Numbered from the stretch's first letter, positions 15,401 through 30,400 are shown. The stretch: 64,000 nucleotides of DNA from Phoronis australis (GCA_002633005.1 NMRA01000219.1:415251-479250); one strand, 5' to 3'. Made by a program: numbers and translations. Notes: generated from the letters alone by a model not told the origin.

Positions 15401-18400
15401 AGAGGGCTTCAAAGTTACCTAAATGGAGCAAAGCACCAATTCTTGGACAGGTATTCCATAGAATATCCCATAAGCCAGTCAGTTTCAGTCTTTTTTAAAC
15501 CAGCGTAAAAGTACACTAGGAATATCTGCAAAAATAATGTCTGTTGTAAGTACAACACATCTAAATTAGAATGAAAAGTTCAACAAACACATCATGGTAA
15601 TTCACCATATTCCATACCTTTCAGTCACTGTCACATGTCAGGGACCTCAATCCCACAATATCAGGGCCAAATATCTGACCTATTCCCCTCTGAATAAAAA
15701 GTATTTTGATATCCAAAAATTTCCTCAGGTGATTGAAAAATCTCCCTCCAGGTTCGATTGTCTTGTAACCTATACAGGTGACAATTTGAAAGAGCATGAT
15801 GGCCACTTGTGAGGCAGAGCTTGAGGGGGCTTTCAACAGGATGTGGGTACTAGTGATGGTGAGCAGGAGGTAGTTTTCCCCTCACCCCAAAATATTCCTC
15901 CCTCAGAAAGCACAGGCAATCTTCCTATTGGATGAATGAGTGTCCTGCATGCAAGTAACAAGCAAGTTACTACTAGTAGATGGCGGGTTTGGACACTCCT
16001 ACAACGAAAAGTGGCAGTAACTAGACACCAAAACGAGACACCACTGCGACAGGAACCTCATTGGGGGGGAGACAGGTGGACAACAAATTTGCAGGGTGTC
16101 AACAGTAAGCAATCAGTCATTTGTTACTCAGTCGTCGCTCTGCAGTTGCATTGTAGGCAAATCGGTGGACACAGTTTTTATTAATGTTGATTTTTTAAAA
16201 TTTCTATGATTTATATTTCAGTCTTTTACAACTACAACTTTGCAAAAAAAATTTCCATTACCGTCACCTAAACAAAGACACCTCTAACTTAATGAAATTA
16301 AATTCTTTAGAAAATCTTTATATAATAACAGTTTAATGTTTGAACAACTCTAATTCTATTTCTTGGTTCACTGATTTTCTAATGTGGGCATAACTAAACA
16401 TTTTTTCTGGCTATTGAGTACTGCAAATTTTAGCATTATAGTTTCAGCACAAGAAGTTATGCTGTTGAAGTTTTTCCTTTGTTTTTTATTTTTTGTCATT
16501 GCATTCTCTATGGAATAAGAAGACAACTTTAAGGGGTTATCGACAGTATTTTTGAGGTATTTTACCTCAAAACACAGTTACAAAAACGTGCAATGTGACC
16601 TAAATGCTCCACCTTCAAAATTATGATTACCCCCATGTCATTTGACTTGATGGTGATTATGTCAAAGACATATCATGTCATTGGAATTATGAAATAAGTT
16701 CATTCGATGGGATCAAACTGAAACAAGAAATTTCTTCTTTAATAAAATTTAAAATCGTCATTTGAATTCAAAGACACTTTATAAATTGCCTATTGTTTAC
16801 CATGAAGTCATGTTAAAATTGGACTGAAGCATGCAATTATCTTAATATGCAAAAACAACAAAAATTCAATGCAAAACGAACATTTTTAAACCAAGTAACC
16901 TGCTGTTTGCATAAAAGAACACATTCAAGTTAGACAATGTCGTAAAATAATGACTGCTATGCAGCTTTTTGACAAACTGTGTCCAACCCCCTCAAAGCAA
17001 GAAGTGCTACTCAATTACAATAATGGTATGGTAAACATATCAGTGATAAGTAAACATTTCATAATTCACAATGACAGATTGAAAGACATTTCATAACTTG
17101 TAAGACACACCAGTACATTATTAATTACTCACCAATCAATAAATTTCCTCGCCTTGTTTGTCTTTCTAGGTAATTAAAGCACTGCAGGAACCACAAATTT
17201 TAACACCGACGTCAAAATCAATACAAGTGGTCACATGATAATGACATATTTTTGTGTTGATGTGGCCAAACTTGTCAAAAATTGATGAACTTTGGAATTT
17301 CTTGCTCAAAATTTAACAGTCGACAACTGTCATGCCCATCTAAAAATCAACAGGTGGCAGCACATTACCACCAATAACTCAGTGCTAAATTTCATAATGA
17401 TCCATCCCGTGGTCTTTGAGAAAATCAGACGCACAAGCAAAGTTGACAACAGACAGATGACGGGATACTGACTACGCGCAACCACTTTGTTTACGAGTGC
17501 ACAGTATGAATGTCCGCAGCACTACTGTAAGCCTTCCGAACTGGCAACATTTGCACCTCTTTTTGCACAAGACTGAAGAGTCCCCATGAAGATGTTGGGC
17601 TACTTTATTCACTGTACAGATTACACTTGTATGGCTTCACTTTGGGAAGCACAGCCGTTACAAACAACCTGATCAGGCTAAAGTACATGCTAAAGGTCAG
17701 AAGCATACTTACCCGATGACACATCAATCATTTCTAATGAGCTAGTTCTACTAAAAACCCGTGTGGGGCTTCAACTCGAAAACAACGACACGAATGCATA
17801 ACGTACCTTTGAATTAACATAATTACGTAATTAGCATAGGAAACCTTTTAAATAATTTCCCTTTCCTGCCATTTTAATTAAAACTCATAAGACATTCAAC
17901 AATGCATTCATTTACCTGAAATCGCAGCACAGCAATATTCCACAACGGTGTGTGACTATTTCGAATCTTCTTGCTAAGTAGACCGTCTAGAGACCTGCAA
18001 AATAGATATGTTAACGGTTAAACAAACTTGAATTCTTGTATTGACAGTACGCTTCCACAGTCATAAAAATGACACTTTGGTTGTCATCTTATTTTCCAAT
18101 GTTTTTAGTAGACTCTAAAAAAGTAACGACTCTGTACAACTAGGACAGTCCTTGTTCAGTCACCACTCAATTTCTTGTTTGATCTCTCGAGACAAAACTA
18201 CAGGTAAACCTCCATGATCANNNNNNNNNNNNNNNNNNNNNNNNNNNNNNNNNNNNNNNNNNNNNNNNNNNNNNNNNNNNNNNNNNNNNNNNNNNNNNNN
18301 NNNNNNNNNNNNNNNNNNNNNNNNNNNNNNNNNNNNNNNNNNNNNNNNNNNNNNNNNNNNNNNNNNNNNNNNNNNNNNNNNNNNNNNNNNNNNNNNNNNN

Positions 18401-21400
18401 NNNNNNNNNNNNNNNNNNNNNNNNNNNNNNNNNNNNNNNNNNNNNNNNNNNNNNNNNNNNNNNNNNNNNNNNNNNNNNNNNNNNNNNNNNNNNNNNNNNN
18501 NNNNNNNNNNNNNNNNNNNNNNNNNNNNNNNNNNNNNNNNNNNNNNNNNNNNNNNNNNNNNNNNNNNNNNNNNNNNNNNNNNNNNNNNNNNNNNNNNNNN
18601 NNNNNNNNNNNNNNNNNNNNNNNNNNNNNNNNNNNNNNNNNNNNNNNNNNNNNNNNNNNNNNNNNNNNNNNNNNNNNNNNNNNNNNNNNNNNNNNNNNNN
18701 NNNNNNNNNNNNCTTTCGATATTTTGTTCTCTGGCTCGTATTTATTTTCGAGTACGATTTCAAGCACACTGCCATACCAAACTTGAAATTTAGAGCATAT
18801 ACTCGGAATTTTTACTCAAAATCGTACTCGAAATATGGATGAAATACACTTCGCTTCGAGTATACTCGAAAATTCAGTACGTGCTCGAAATTTCGAGTAC
18901 AGATTTTTCGAGTATGACATTGAATACACCAAAGCTGAGTCTGTACTCGAGTTGAGTATGAAGTGTGAGTTTGAGCATGATTCGAGTCTGAGTACGGAGA
19001 TTGGAGACCGGGCCCTGATCAGGCTAAAGTACATGCTAAAGGTCAGAAGCATACTTACCTGATGACACATCAATCACCTACAATGAGCTATTTCTACTAA
19101 AAACCCGTGTGGGGCTTCAACTCGAAAACAACGACACGAATGCATAACGTACCTTTGAATTAACATAATGACGTAATTAGCATAGGAAACCTTTTAAATA
19201 ATTTCCCTTTCCTGCCATTTTAATTAAAACTCATAAGACATTCAACGATGCATTCATTTACCTGAAATCGCAGCACAGCAATATTCCACAACGGTGTGTG
19301 ACTATTTCGAATCTTCTTGCTAAGTAGACCGTCTAGAGACCTGCAAAATAGATATGTTAACGGTTAAACAAACTTGAATTCTTGTATTGACAGTACGCTT
19401 CCACAGTCATAAAAATGACACTTTGGTTGTCATCTTATTTTCCAATGTTTTTAGTAGACTCTAAAAAAGTAACGACTCTGTACAACTAGGACAGTCCTTG
19501 TTCAGTCACCACTCAATTTCTTGTTTTATCTCTCGAGACAAAACTACAGGTAAACCTCCATGATCATGGATTGCAATACACACAACCTGAATTCTACACA
19601 CCTCACTATCCATGGGGCACACATGCTGATGCATGAGATGGCCACAAATTAACTGTTAACTGGTAGGTAGATGCCTCAGATTATGAGGACACTAATAACG
19701 TAATTAGTTTCTGCCCAGATGATTAAAGAGTTCAAAATAACTTTACTGTTGTACGCAGTCGTGCTAAGAATTTCCAAAATCAAAAGGATCACAAATTTTA
19801 GGTAAGATTTTGCACAACTTTTTTTCTCTATAAATTTAAAAACATGGCAAAAATACTCTTACAAATAACTGTGCTGTTTCAATTACTTTTGGCTTTGTGC
19901 AGAAATCTTGACCACTCACTTTGCAAAGTGTGGCACTTTTAAGCTCTCTTCCACCTGATTTGGTAGTGATAAACAAAAACCAAGCAACATTTTTTTAACA
20001 ATCTGTCGATTTAAATTGAAAACTGTGATCTTTTGTTTCACACTGTATACTGGCAATTCGTACCATAAAAAATCTCTAACTTGGGGTAGTCTCCAAAATT
20101 TGGCACACCAGAATTCAATCTGATACTGACTCTTCCTGATTCTGAAATTTGCGATACCCGTGATTTTTGGTTTGATTGTGATATTCTTTACACTGAGCGC
20201 TTGGTGTGAAAAGCTTTTGAAAATAAAATCACAAGTTCATAAAAAGTAACACCGATTATTTTCACATAAGTAAAAATTGCCTCCAACAGCGCTTTCCCAT
20301 TAAGAAAACTTCGGTTTACCAAAGCTTCGCTGAAACTTCACTTACCTTTCCCACTTAATAGCAATATTGAAGTTATCGCTATGACAACAGACAACGCAGT
20401 TCATTTGTACTCTCAAACAAATATTGAGTAGTGGATTCAAGGCTAACTTAAAATTTTTCACCTGCCATTTGCAAGTGCTTATAAAAATGATCAGTATCAC
20501 TCTTCATTAGATATGCTTTGTTTTTTGCGTTTGTCTGTTGCGAGCATGTCAGCTACACTACAATGACACAGAACATGTTTTGCAAGTCCTGCGTGATCAT
20601 ATATTGTTGCCACGACCGCTATGAATAACTTCGACCAAGCTTTGCTTTAAGTGTTCCAACTACAATGAAGCTTCGGTGAGTACCGAAGTTTCGCTTTTAA
20701 ATCTTACAATTTCAAGTTTCGCTTGCAGGTTAACTACAGGATTTAACCTTTCCCACTTAACAAAACTTCGGTAAAAGTGTAGTTTTGCTTCTAATGGAAA
20801 AGCGACTGAAGACACTATCGCCGTAGTCTATATCATTGAATTGAATGTCTGTGTGTGTTTTGCACTGTTTTCTCCACAGGTTAACGACATGGTTAAATGA
20901 GTTTAATTTCTCAAAGAATGTAAATATTCAACACAAAAAACAAAGTAAGAAAGGCAAAAACATGTAATCATCGAACACAACGCAAGGTGCTAATTTGGCA
21001 ATAAATACGACAGCTTCTTTAATGATCTGACTTCTTCAAATTGCTATGAAACACTTTTGCCAATACACAGCATGATAAATCAGCCAACTAAAAACATGCT
21101 ACCCAAATACACACGGTCTTGTAAATAACACTGTCGTGAATGAAACTTCACTGACTTACATCAAACCCTAATGAAGAACATTAATTTAATCAAAGTTGCT
21201 TAAATCAATAAAATTAAGGTGTAAATATCAAAGATCCATTGCTACTTATTCAGCACACAGAGCAGTGATCGGACATTAATTGATTGACAGACTATCATAC
21301 AAATTCACTCACTTTCTAATAAATCATTCATTACATTACTGAAAATCAATAACTTAACATATTTAATGTCAGTTACCATTGCGTGTACGAATGCGAATGA

Positions 21401-24400
21401 TCGCAAATCAGTGTCCACCCAGAGCTTGAAAGCAATTCCGGAACGATTCCCCCCCACTGAGAGCTTTCAGTAGCAGCCGAGATCACTTTGAGAAGTAGAC
21501 CTACTGCTTTCAAGTAAGTCATTTTATTATTTTTATGCAGGACTCTAAAAAGATTACAACTGCTTTGGCTAACATGGGACAACCACACCTCAAAAATAGC
21601 CAACTGGACACTGTTCAAATTAAGTCTCAATTAACAAAAATTAATATTTTAGAAAACTGCTACAATGTTTTTCAGATTTTATCTTGAACTAGGCAATTTT
21701 GTCATGTTTTGGTACCATTGTTTTTTAATGAAGATGCATTTCTTTTCAGAAAATTTTACTAAAAAACACGGTCACGTGAACCAATTAATGAAAGATGAGC
21801 ATTCATTTAGATTACTTTAGTACAGAGCCATTTTCTACAATTTTCTGGATATTTATTGGCTAAATACAGACTTGTTGATAATGACTTAAATAACCTAAAT
21901 AAACAAATACAAGCAAATAGAATACAAAATAGAAATTAATGTAAATTTTTTCAAAAAGTGGGAACTTGAAATATCCACTTTCAGATGAACATAGCACAGA
22001 AGACATCTCAATCAAAGTTTTTGTTCAAAGGTTTAGTAAATAAAATATAATAGAAATAACAAATAAAGGACTAAATTCAAGGGTTAATTTTATACCTAAT
22101 AAGTTTATACAGTCACTATACAGTCAAAGAGTCCGTGTCATCTTTCCTTAAGAAAAATTCTGAAATATGTCCAATTCAAAGACTGTTATTTATTTACAAC
22201 TTTTGGGCAATATTTATGTTCAAGTGTAATGTTTTGTATAGTTAGGAATTGATGACATTGTAGGAGATAGTTTCGACTAGAAATAAAAGTGCAACGACTG
22301 TATTTTAATATCACACTTAATTATACTTTTAAACTACTTGCTTGAAAATATTACAGCAATCAATTTATCTTCATTAGCATATCAAGGTTCTCTTCTTGAA
22401 GTAAAATGATAACGACCCTTAAATGTAAGATAATAACACATAACTATTTTTGTAATTATTTCAAAGCTGCATTTGACCTTGTTTAGCTGGCTAAAATATA
22501 AATAGAATAACAATAGCAATAATAGTAATAGTAATAAACTACAATTTAAAACATGCTTTAGCCTCTTAAGCAAAAAATAAAATTTAATTTGTCCTGAATT
22601 AAGTTAAATTAAATTAAATGTATATTTACAATTAGACATCTTAGTTTCGTAAAATTTGTTCCATAATATTCCTTACATTGATTCAATATTCTGTATCATT
22701 CTGTTTCAAGCTCAAAGTCACAAGATATGCCAGCAACAGTTAATTCCAATACACTCTGAAGCAAGAACCTGTTGAATTTGATATTCTTGTTGATAACGGA
22801 AATGGAATTGCATTATGATGAGGCATGTTATGAAAGTGATTTCATGAGAATAAAAAGCCAAATTGATTTTGGATTTTTTAACCTGCTAAACGGGGCAATA
22901 TATAGCATTTTGGACTTGGAAGCAATAACTATTCTCCACAGTGGCTTGAAATTTTGCAGAGGGTTGTAAAGCATGGGTGTTAGTCGCACACAACAGGCCT
23001 TTTGAAATGGACATGCACTGTCAGTAGGCCCTATTCCATACACTAACTTTGCTACTACCGAAATTCCGATGTTAACTATGGTTATCTGCAAAGTTAAACC
23101 TTAGAGTGTACTCATCAGGTCCAGAGCTATAGCTCAGCAAAGTTATCGCTAGGTGGCGCTAATATGACCTCTGGTCACATGCCTTTTTCTTTTTGTCAGT
23201 GCTTGCCATCAAAAGTGGCAAGGACTTCTCACTCTCCTTAAATGGAAACTAGAACGTCAACTTCACAAGGCAGCCAACAGTTGCCACATTGTTACGATGA
23301 CGGTGTACTAGAAAATGACATATTAAACTAGAAAGATTATTATCACGGTGTGATAATAATGGACTCTGCACATGCACACTGGAATTGTTATGGGAAGTTA
23401 TTGGCAACAACCTGTTTACCAATATGAAAGGAATTTTTAGAAATGCAGGAGAAATTACATGTTGATAATTTGATGACCTTTGCACTAATTGACCCTTTCT
23501 GGTGCATTACGAGCCCCGATGAGGGAATAAGTGTAAACTTGATGAAACGTGTGGTTAATGCTAAGAATCACAGATGTCTTACTTTAAGCACTTTAGAATA
23601 CAAGATGAATGAATTGGTCAAAATTTCAGAAAAAAATGCACCTAATGACCCCATGTTTGCACCAAATGACTAAATTTAAAACAGAATTGAAGTGTCTAGC
23701 TCAATGACCTTTAACCTCTTGTTTCTGACTGGATGGCACTATTGTTTAGTAAAGTAAGGTATTTGATTGGCAAGTGTGCTGAAATTGAACAGTATTCCTT
23801 GAAAAATGTATCAGAAATGACCTTTTGATAACTAGATGACCTTTGTACTAACTGACCCTATCCAGTGCATTACAAGCCCTTTTAGTAGAATTATTGCAAA
23901 GTCTGTGTTAATGGTCCTGGCTGAGAAGATAATTGTTTGATTACCTCCATTTGGATTATGAATAACAGAGCCCTGAATGTCTTCAAAACAAAAATCAAAT
24001 TCAATACCTTTCCTGGATCAAAAGACAGCCATAAATAGTAGAAGGAAGACCAACTGACCTTTGATTTATAAAACTGTTTTTTGTTTTCATTTTCTACTTA
24101 CGAAAGTAAAATTCAAAATCTTACCAATATCGATTAGCATCCATGAACAACAAAAGGAAGGATACAACGCCATACAAGTAGGAGTGGTTGTTCCACCTCG
24201 GTTTATCCAGCAGGAACATGTACCAGTAAGGAATGGCAAACATTAACACACTGGTACGATAAAAAAGTCCGAGGATGATGCCAAGAGAGCCTAAAACAGA
24301 AATACACAAACATTAAGACAGTGTCATGATCAACACTGATTTTGGATATAATTGCATTTTGGTGATCATGAAAAATATCCTCAAATTCATCCGTTTTTAT

Positions 24401-27400
24401 ACAGGATTCTGCCTTACCTCAAATATTCCAAAATAACTTGAAAGGTCTAGCAAAATTCATTCAAGGCGCTTTGCAGGTAAGAAGTAATTATTTGTTAGTA
24501 AACTAGTCTGAAGCTGTCATGTAATGTTATGGTTTAATTGTTATTAGGTGACTGAGTAAGCCCATTGTGACAGTGTGGTGAATATTCTGTATTTGAGATC
24601 ATGTATTTACTGGCACCCTTATGTCACTATAATAAATAATTCTAATAAAAATAATAAATAAAGCAAAAATTCTCATTGACAAGTTTGGTACACTGAAAAA
24701 TAATTGTTTTGGACAAGGTCAGAGCTCACACCTAAATTAAGAATTAGGAAAATTCAAGAATCCCTACTCTTGAAAAAGACTCGTTTTCATTGGCAGCTAT
24801 TTTTGTCCATTTTATCTCAGACGTTTTTGATACAAAATGCAGTGTCCAGGAAATATGAAAGCCAAAAATATTCATGTCCAAATCTTCAGAATCACGAAAA
24901 TTCAACGTTTTCTTGGATTTCAATGTCCCAAATTTTAGAGATTGACCAAAATTGGAGAATTTCTATCACATTCTCATATTTTCTCACAAAAATTAAATTT
25001 TAAAAAGCTGTTAGAACAATTAATATTTCACCAATTACATGACCATATCACCAAAACTTTATTCTAATAAAAACTGTATGGAAGTACACCCCAGGACATT
25101 ATACCCGAGACCTCACCCTTTGTGCAGATACGTTCCCAGCAAGATGTGGACAAAATACACATAACTAATCAACATTCCTTTATTTACTTTTTGACAACTC
25201 AATTTCTTGGTTTAATATCTTATTTCTTCATGTTGTGTTTGCATTACAATCAACTTTGTTTCTATAAATTCTTACAGCTTCATCATACTAATAACACGAA
25301 AGTCAGGTCAGCCAATTAAATCATTGATTATCAGAAGCAAAATATTTGCATTGCAGATACACCAAACTTAAGCACAATGAACACGTCCATTACAATAATG
25401 CCTTCGAGTGAACCACTTCCAGAAAGTCTATCAGCAGAGCCAGAAGCAGGACATCCTGCTGCAGAACCGGAGCAACATCCTGAAGTACCTACTTCAGAAC
25501 CAGAAGCAGAGGGATCAATGACAGAACCAACATCTGAAAGCATAGGGGATCCAATACCAGAGAGTGAGAGTCTGACTGGACTCAAGGGCGAAGCAATATT
25601 TCTTATTACATTGTATTCCGTCTTTATAGCACTGATTCTGGTGGAAAACATTCTACTCATTATCGGCTTCATCAAAAGCAGGAAGTTGATGAACAACATC
25701 AATCGTTACGTGATGTCGCTGGCATGCGCAGACGTCTGTGTGGCATGTTTAGTGATACCTTCTGGAATTCTGGGATACTTCAGCGAGGAGTACATGATGT
25801 CGAGCTTTTGTCGAGCATGTGTGTATTTTGAACGCGTTGCTGCTTCGGCACGCCTCTTCTGCATGCTGACCATTGCCGCCAACCGTTTCAAAAAATTCAT
25901 GAGACCTGACACACCTGAGGAAAGTTCTAAACGGAGCAACATAAACATTCTGATTGGTTGGACTCTGGCACTGATTTATTCAATTCCAACACCCATATTT
26001 CATGACATGATCTTGGCAAAGGCTAAGGATGGATCTAACCTTTTTTTCATGACATGCGGAATACACGATGCATACAAAGCAATAAACAATGCATTCATGC
26101 TTGTAGACTTCACGTGCCTATACCTAATACCGTTATTTATGATCACAACACTGTACACAATTTTAATCAAGAAACTTCACACAAGCAACGATGCTCTTTC
26201 CAGAAGAATTATTGGCATGTTAATTTTGCTGATTGCTATGTTTGGAGTATTCAAGCTGCCATTGCATGTTTACAAACTTTACATAAACTGGGGACCTGGG
26301 TTCTTTAAGGGAGCTGTGACAGTTCATCGTATTTGCAGCATTTCTGGTTTCTTAGGAAGTAGCCTCAATTTCCTTATAGTCATGATTTTCAATGACTCCA
26401 TGCGAGATGCAGTCAAGAAGATTGTTTGCACCAAGCGACCCACAGTCACGCAGGTTCAACCTCAAAATGAAAGTACTCAAGACGTGTCACTTGCACTCAA
26501 GGACAACAAAGAACAGTCGAAAAGAAAACGCTTGATAAAAAGTTTAGTTTTGTAGACTCAGGAGCACCATCTTACAATTATAGTGTACACAAGAGGCAGC
26601 ATTGACAGTTTGTATGTTAAGCTGCTTTCAACCATGGAGTAAAAAAACATCAATTTTTTCCACGAGTATATATTGCTCTTTCAAAGCAATGTCATAGTTT
26701 GTCATTGTTTGAATAGACTGTTGATTGCTCTTTTATTGACTACATGTCTCCTTGCTGCACTTTTGTTGTTTTGTCACCTAATGTACAAGTTTCTTAATCA
26801 TTTTGCTCACCATCATTTATCGTCACCATCAAGTTTTGTTTAATTTCACCAAGTTTTAATGAAAAAGACTTAATATCCTTATAACCGTTTCTGCCATCAC
26901 CCCCACCGCTGCAGCCACCATTTCTCATTCAATTTCACAAAATGTCGCTGTGTAAAGCATTTTCATTTGACTTTGTTTCACATGTTGTGCTTGTAAAAGA
27001 CATAACACAACAAATCTCAAGCAAATGTCACATGACATACTATTTCAGGTCAAGCTCTAGCTGCCAATACAAACTGTGTCCGATAAAGAATGTTACTCAA
27101 GGTATGCAGTTATAACAAACAGGTTTTGAGAAAGACTTTGTGACTGAAAGAATATGTTTCAGAATTTCACCTTTTTATGACAGTTTTGCCACTTTCAGCT
27201 GTAGCACATTTTGAGAACCAATTTTCTCCACAGAATATCAGGCATCAACCTGGTTCTCAAGATACCTGATCCCTCATGTAAGTGGTTATGGCCCAATTTA
27301 GCATAATGTACGTACTAAAAGATAATTTAAATTGCACATTTTTGGTTGATTTAAAAAAAATTAATGAAAATCACAATTCTTTACACCAGAAGTTGTGACG

Positions 27401-30400
27401 CTGTGAGTGAGTAGCACAGGGTAAACAGTATGTGTCTGATTATGGTAAGTCCGAATCGCTGTTGTGTTTCTGGCATAATTGTTAACTGTAAAATTATTAC
27501 AAGCAGGACCATCCCAATGAACATAACGGTAAATCCACTCAGTGAAAGCAACCAGGTAGACAAGCAGCAAGCTATTTCCAGGGTACATGCAAGTGTGTAT
27601 TAGAAACATGGAAGAGGTATTTATTTAGTTGTCCTGTATTGTGTAAGAACTCAAAACTAAGGCATGCTTTAGATATAACAACTGACTGTACAACTTTATT
27701 GCTTTTTATGGAAGATATATAGAAAGAAGAGGTAAAGCAAGTCATAATAAAATGTGTTGAATGAATAACTTGTGCAAATTACACTTAACTGACAAAACTA
27801 ATTGTCTGGGTGACATTTCGATAATGTTTTCTCTTAAAACATTAAATTTTATGTATTCAGTCACACAAATTGGTGACATTTTATGATCACCGATGTTTGT
27901 CCACATCAAGAGTACATTACTTCAAACTGTGGATAAGCCACTACGGACATGGAATTTTATTTTCACTCTCTTGGGTTTATTACAATATCTAATGAAGTAT
28001 TTTACAAATAAGCATGACTTGTTTCGATAAAAAATATTTGACTGGTTTCATGAATTTTACATCAGTAAGAACAATACGGGATGTACGATGCCCAGAGTAC
28101 TAACATTTTGTTTGAACTATTGTAACCATAACCCTGGATGCCCATGAGAACGAAATCTGAAAAGTGGGGTTACAGTAATTTTCCATTTACTTCAGCACAA
28201 TTACCTTATTTTTTAAGCTATTTATTATCATTTATAGACAAGTACAAAACACAAACAAATAAATAAGTACACCCATTCATTCTCGCATACACACCTCAGG
28301 AGGGACCTTTCTCGTATCTCGTATAAAGTAAACAACTTCTACATGGAGTTAACGTGAACAATGAAATTTTCCCATTTCGCAGGGAAGCGAAATTTTTATA
28401 TGCAATTAATTTTTCAGCTTTATAGTACTCATAAGTAACAACCCTGTGAAAATTAGGTATATTTTTGTGACATCTCTCCTTGTAAATGTACTGTTTGGAT
28501 ATTAGAAACAAAATGTTAAAAAGAAATCATGCGTCTCATAAAGTCCAAGAATAAGACGTTCGTAAGAGAGATTGTTAGACAGCTGAATCCGACATTTTTG
28601 CATTAGCTTTCCGAATTATTTCCAGAAATCTTGTACAATCATCTTACTTTGCAAAGCAACAAAACTATTTAGTTCTTGACAACTGAACATTTGCAATTAG
28701 AAACTCGGTCTCTTTCATGGCGTCTTGTACTTCATGAATAGAATTGTGCAAGAAATGTGAGCACCATGATCCCTCATTATCATGATCACTGATGTAAAGT
28801 GCCGTCCACACACACACTTACCCTAAAAGAAGATACTCCTGGACTCGAGTTGTCCCAAGGTTAGAGGACTGTGGGGACACTATTTAAACTAGAAAAACTT
28901 GTCCCACTTGTGACAACTTACTTAAACTTATCGAGGTAGGGCAACTTGTTTTTGGCTTCCTTGCGCCATTTCTGATCGCAGTGTGGCTGCAAACCTGGGG
29001 CAAGGTGGAAGTAATTACCTGCTGTGGTTACATACAGATGGGTCTTCTTTTGTGCGCTGTATTCGTATTCAGCCGTTCATTGTCATCCACAGCCTTACCC
29101 TAGTTATCGGATGTATATGTTCGTGTGGACGTTTCCCATTTAAAAAGTGGGGCAAGTTACACTTAGTGCAAGTCTGTGTATGGACTGGACTTAAGTTCTG
29201 ATCTGTGAGGAGCAGAGCAATTAGAGCATTACCCATGACTAAAGGGCAATAAAGCACTATAAAACGAAATGTAATTACGGTACCTAAACTACACGGTTAA
29301 CGGAATCATAAACACGGTCACAGATGCATGAACACAACTCATGTACCTGCAAACACAGGTTTACTGACTCACAAACACGGGAACAGACTCACAAAACACG
29401 ATCCATTCACCCATACACAGGACACAGACTCACATTCACGAAGAAACACCGTTAACGGACTGCCAAAAACGGGTCACGGACTCATCGGCTTCCTGGGTCA
29501 GCTGACATCTACACTTTGTCCGTAAACCGTGTTTCTTTATGAATATGAGTTTGTGTCCCATGTATTTGGGTGAATGGATCGTGTTTTGTGAGTCTGTTCC
29601 CATGTTTGTGAGTCAGTGAACGGCGTTTGCAGGTACACGAGTCGTGTTCATGCGTCCGTGGGCTGTGTTTATGAGTCCGTTAACCGTGTAGTTTAGGTAC
29701 CTTGGTAATGGAAGTGGATAATTTTCATGTGAGTTTTCATTACAGAACCTAATTTTGCTTTCGGGATTATGTTCAGTGTGCTGTGAATAGATAAGTGGTA
29801 AAGCTAGGGCAATCTCTTTGATGCAGGTGTCTCGTTAGAGCTGTCTGTGTGTACTGGCCTATAGTGTTCTGAACCCTACAGGGTGTCTGACCTTATCAGA
29901 CCTTGCTTGAGCTTGTTAATTCAATTACATAATGATCCAACTATTACTATTACATATTAGATCATCCAATAAAATATCATAACAATGTATTTATGTGCCA
30001 AGATAACACCCATGAATCATTAAGCTCACAGTGGTAATAAAAGAACTGCTGTTCATAAGTTAATTAATATTTTATAAAAAAGCTGCAGTCATGAGAAGTC
30101 AAGCTCCAGGAATCTCTCAAGGCAAAATGTACGAGGAGAAAGATACAGCTGCAGTTAGAACAAACTTAAGTTACGACATTCAATTGGAGTGACTGCAAAA
30201 AGGCTTGTGTTTCCTGCATTGGTCTTCACAGCCATACTCAAAGCTGCAGAAGACATCCAACACCAAACCAAGGTACAGATCCATAGTCCTATCGACTAAA
30301 GGAGGCTAATTACTATGATGTAGCCTAGTCACGTGTTAGCAGATGGGTATGACAGACCATGCATTCTTTCTGAGCACTCTTACACGTCTAATGTGTGTCA

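Larger units (their letters stand above)
17668..19566 (+). repeat. About 550-bp near-identical duplication on either side of a gap (17668-18220 and 19014-19566)
   Basis: Constant offset 1346 nt; a few substitutions. Confidence 0.93.

Noticed and set aside
18198-18786. Long ORFs of 185-190 aa (also 62211..63089)
   Set aside because: They consist almost entirely of X from N gaps.
18816-19073. Overlapping ORFs on both strands next to the gap
   Set aside because: They arise from the palindromic TACTCGA-rich insertion and show no protein-family signature.
25331-26308. ORFs 25331..25702, 25706..25948 and 26054..26308
   Set aside because: Antisense or alternative-frame shadows of the GPCR CDS.
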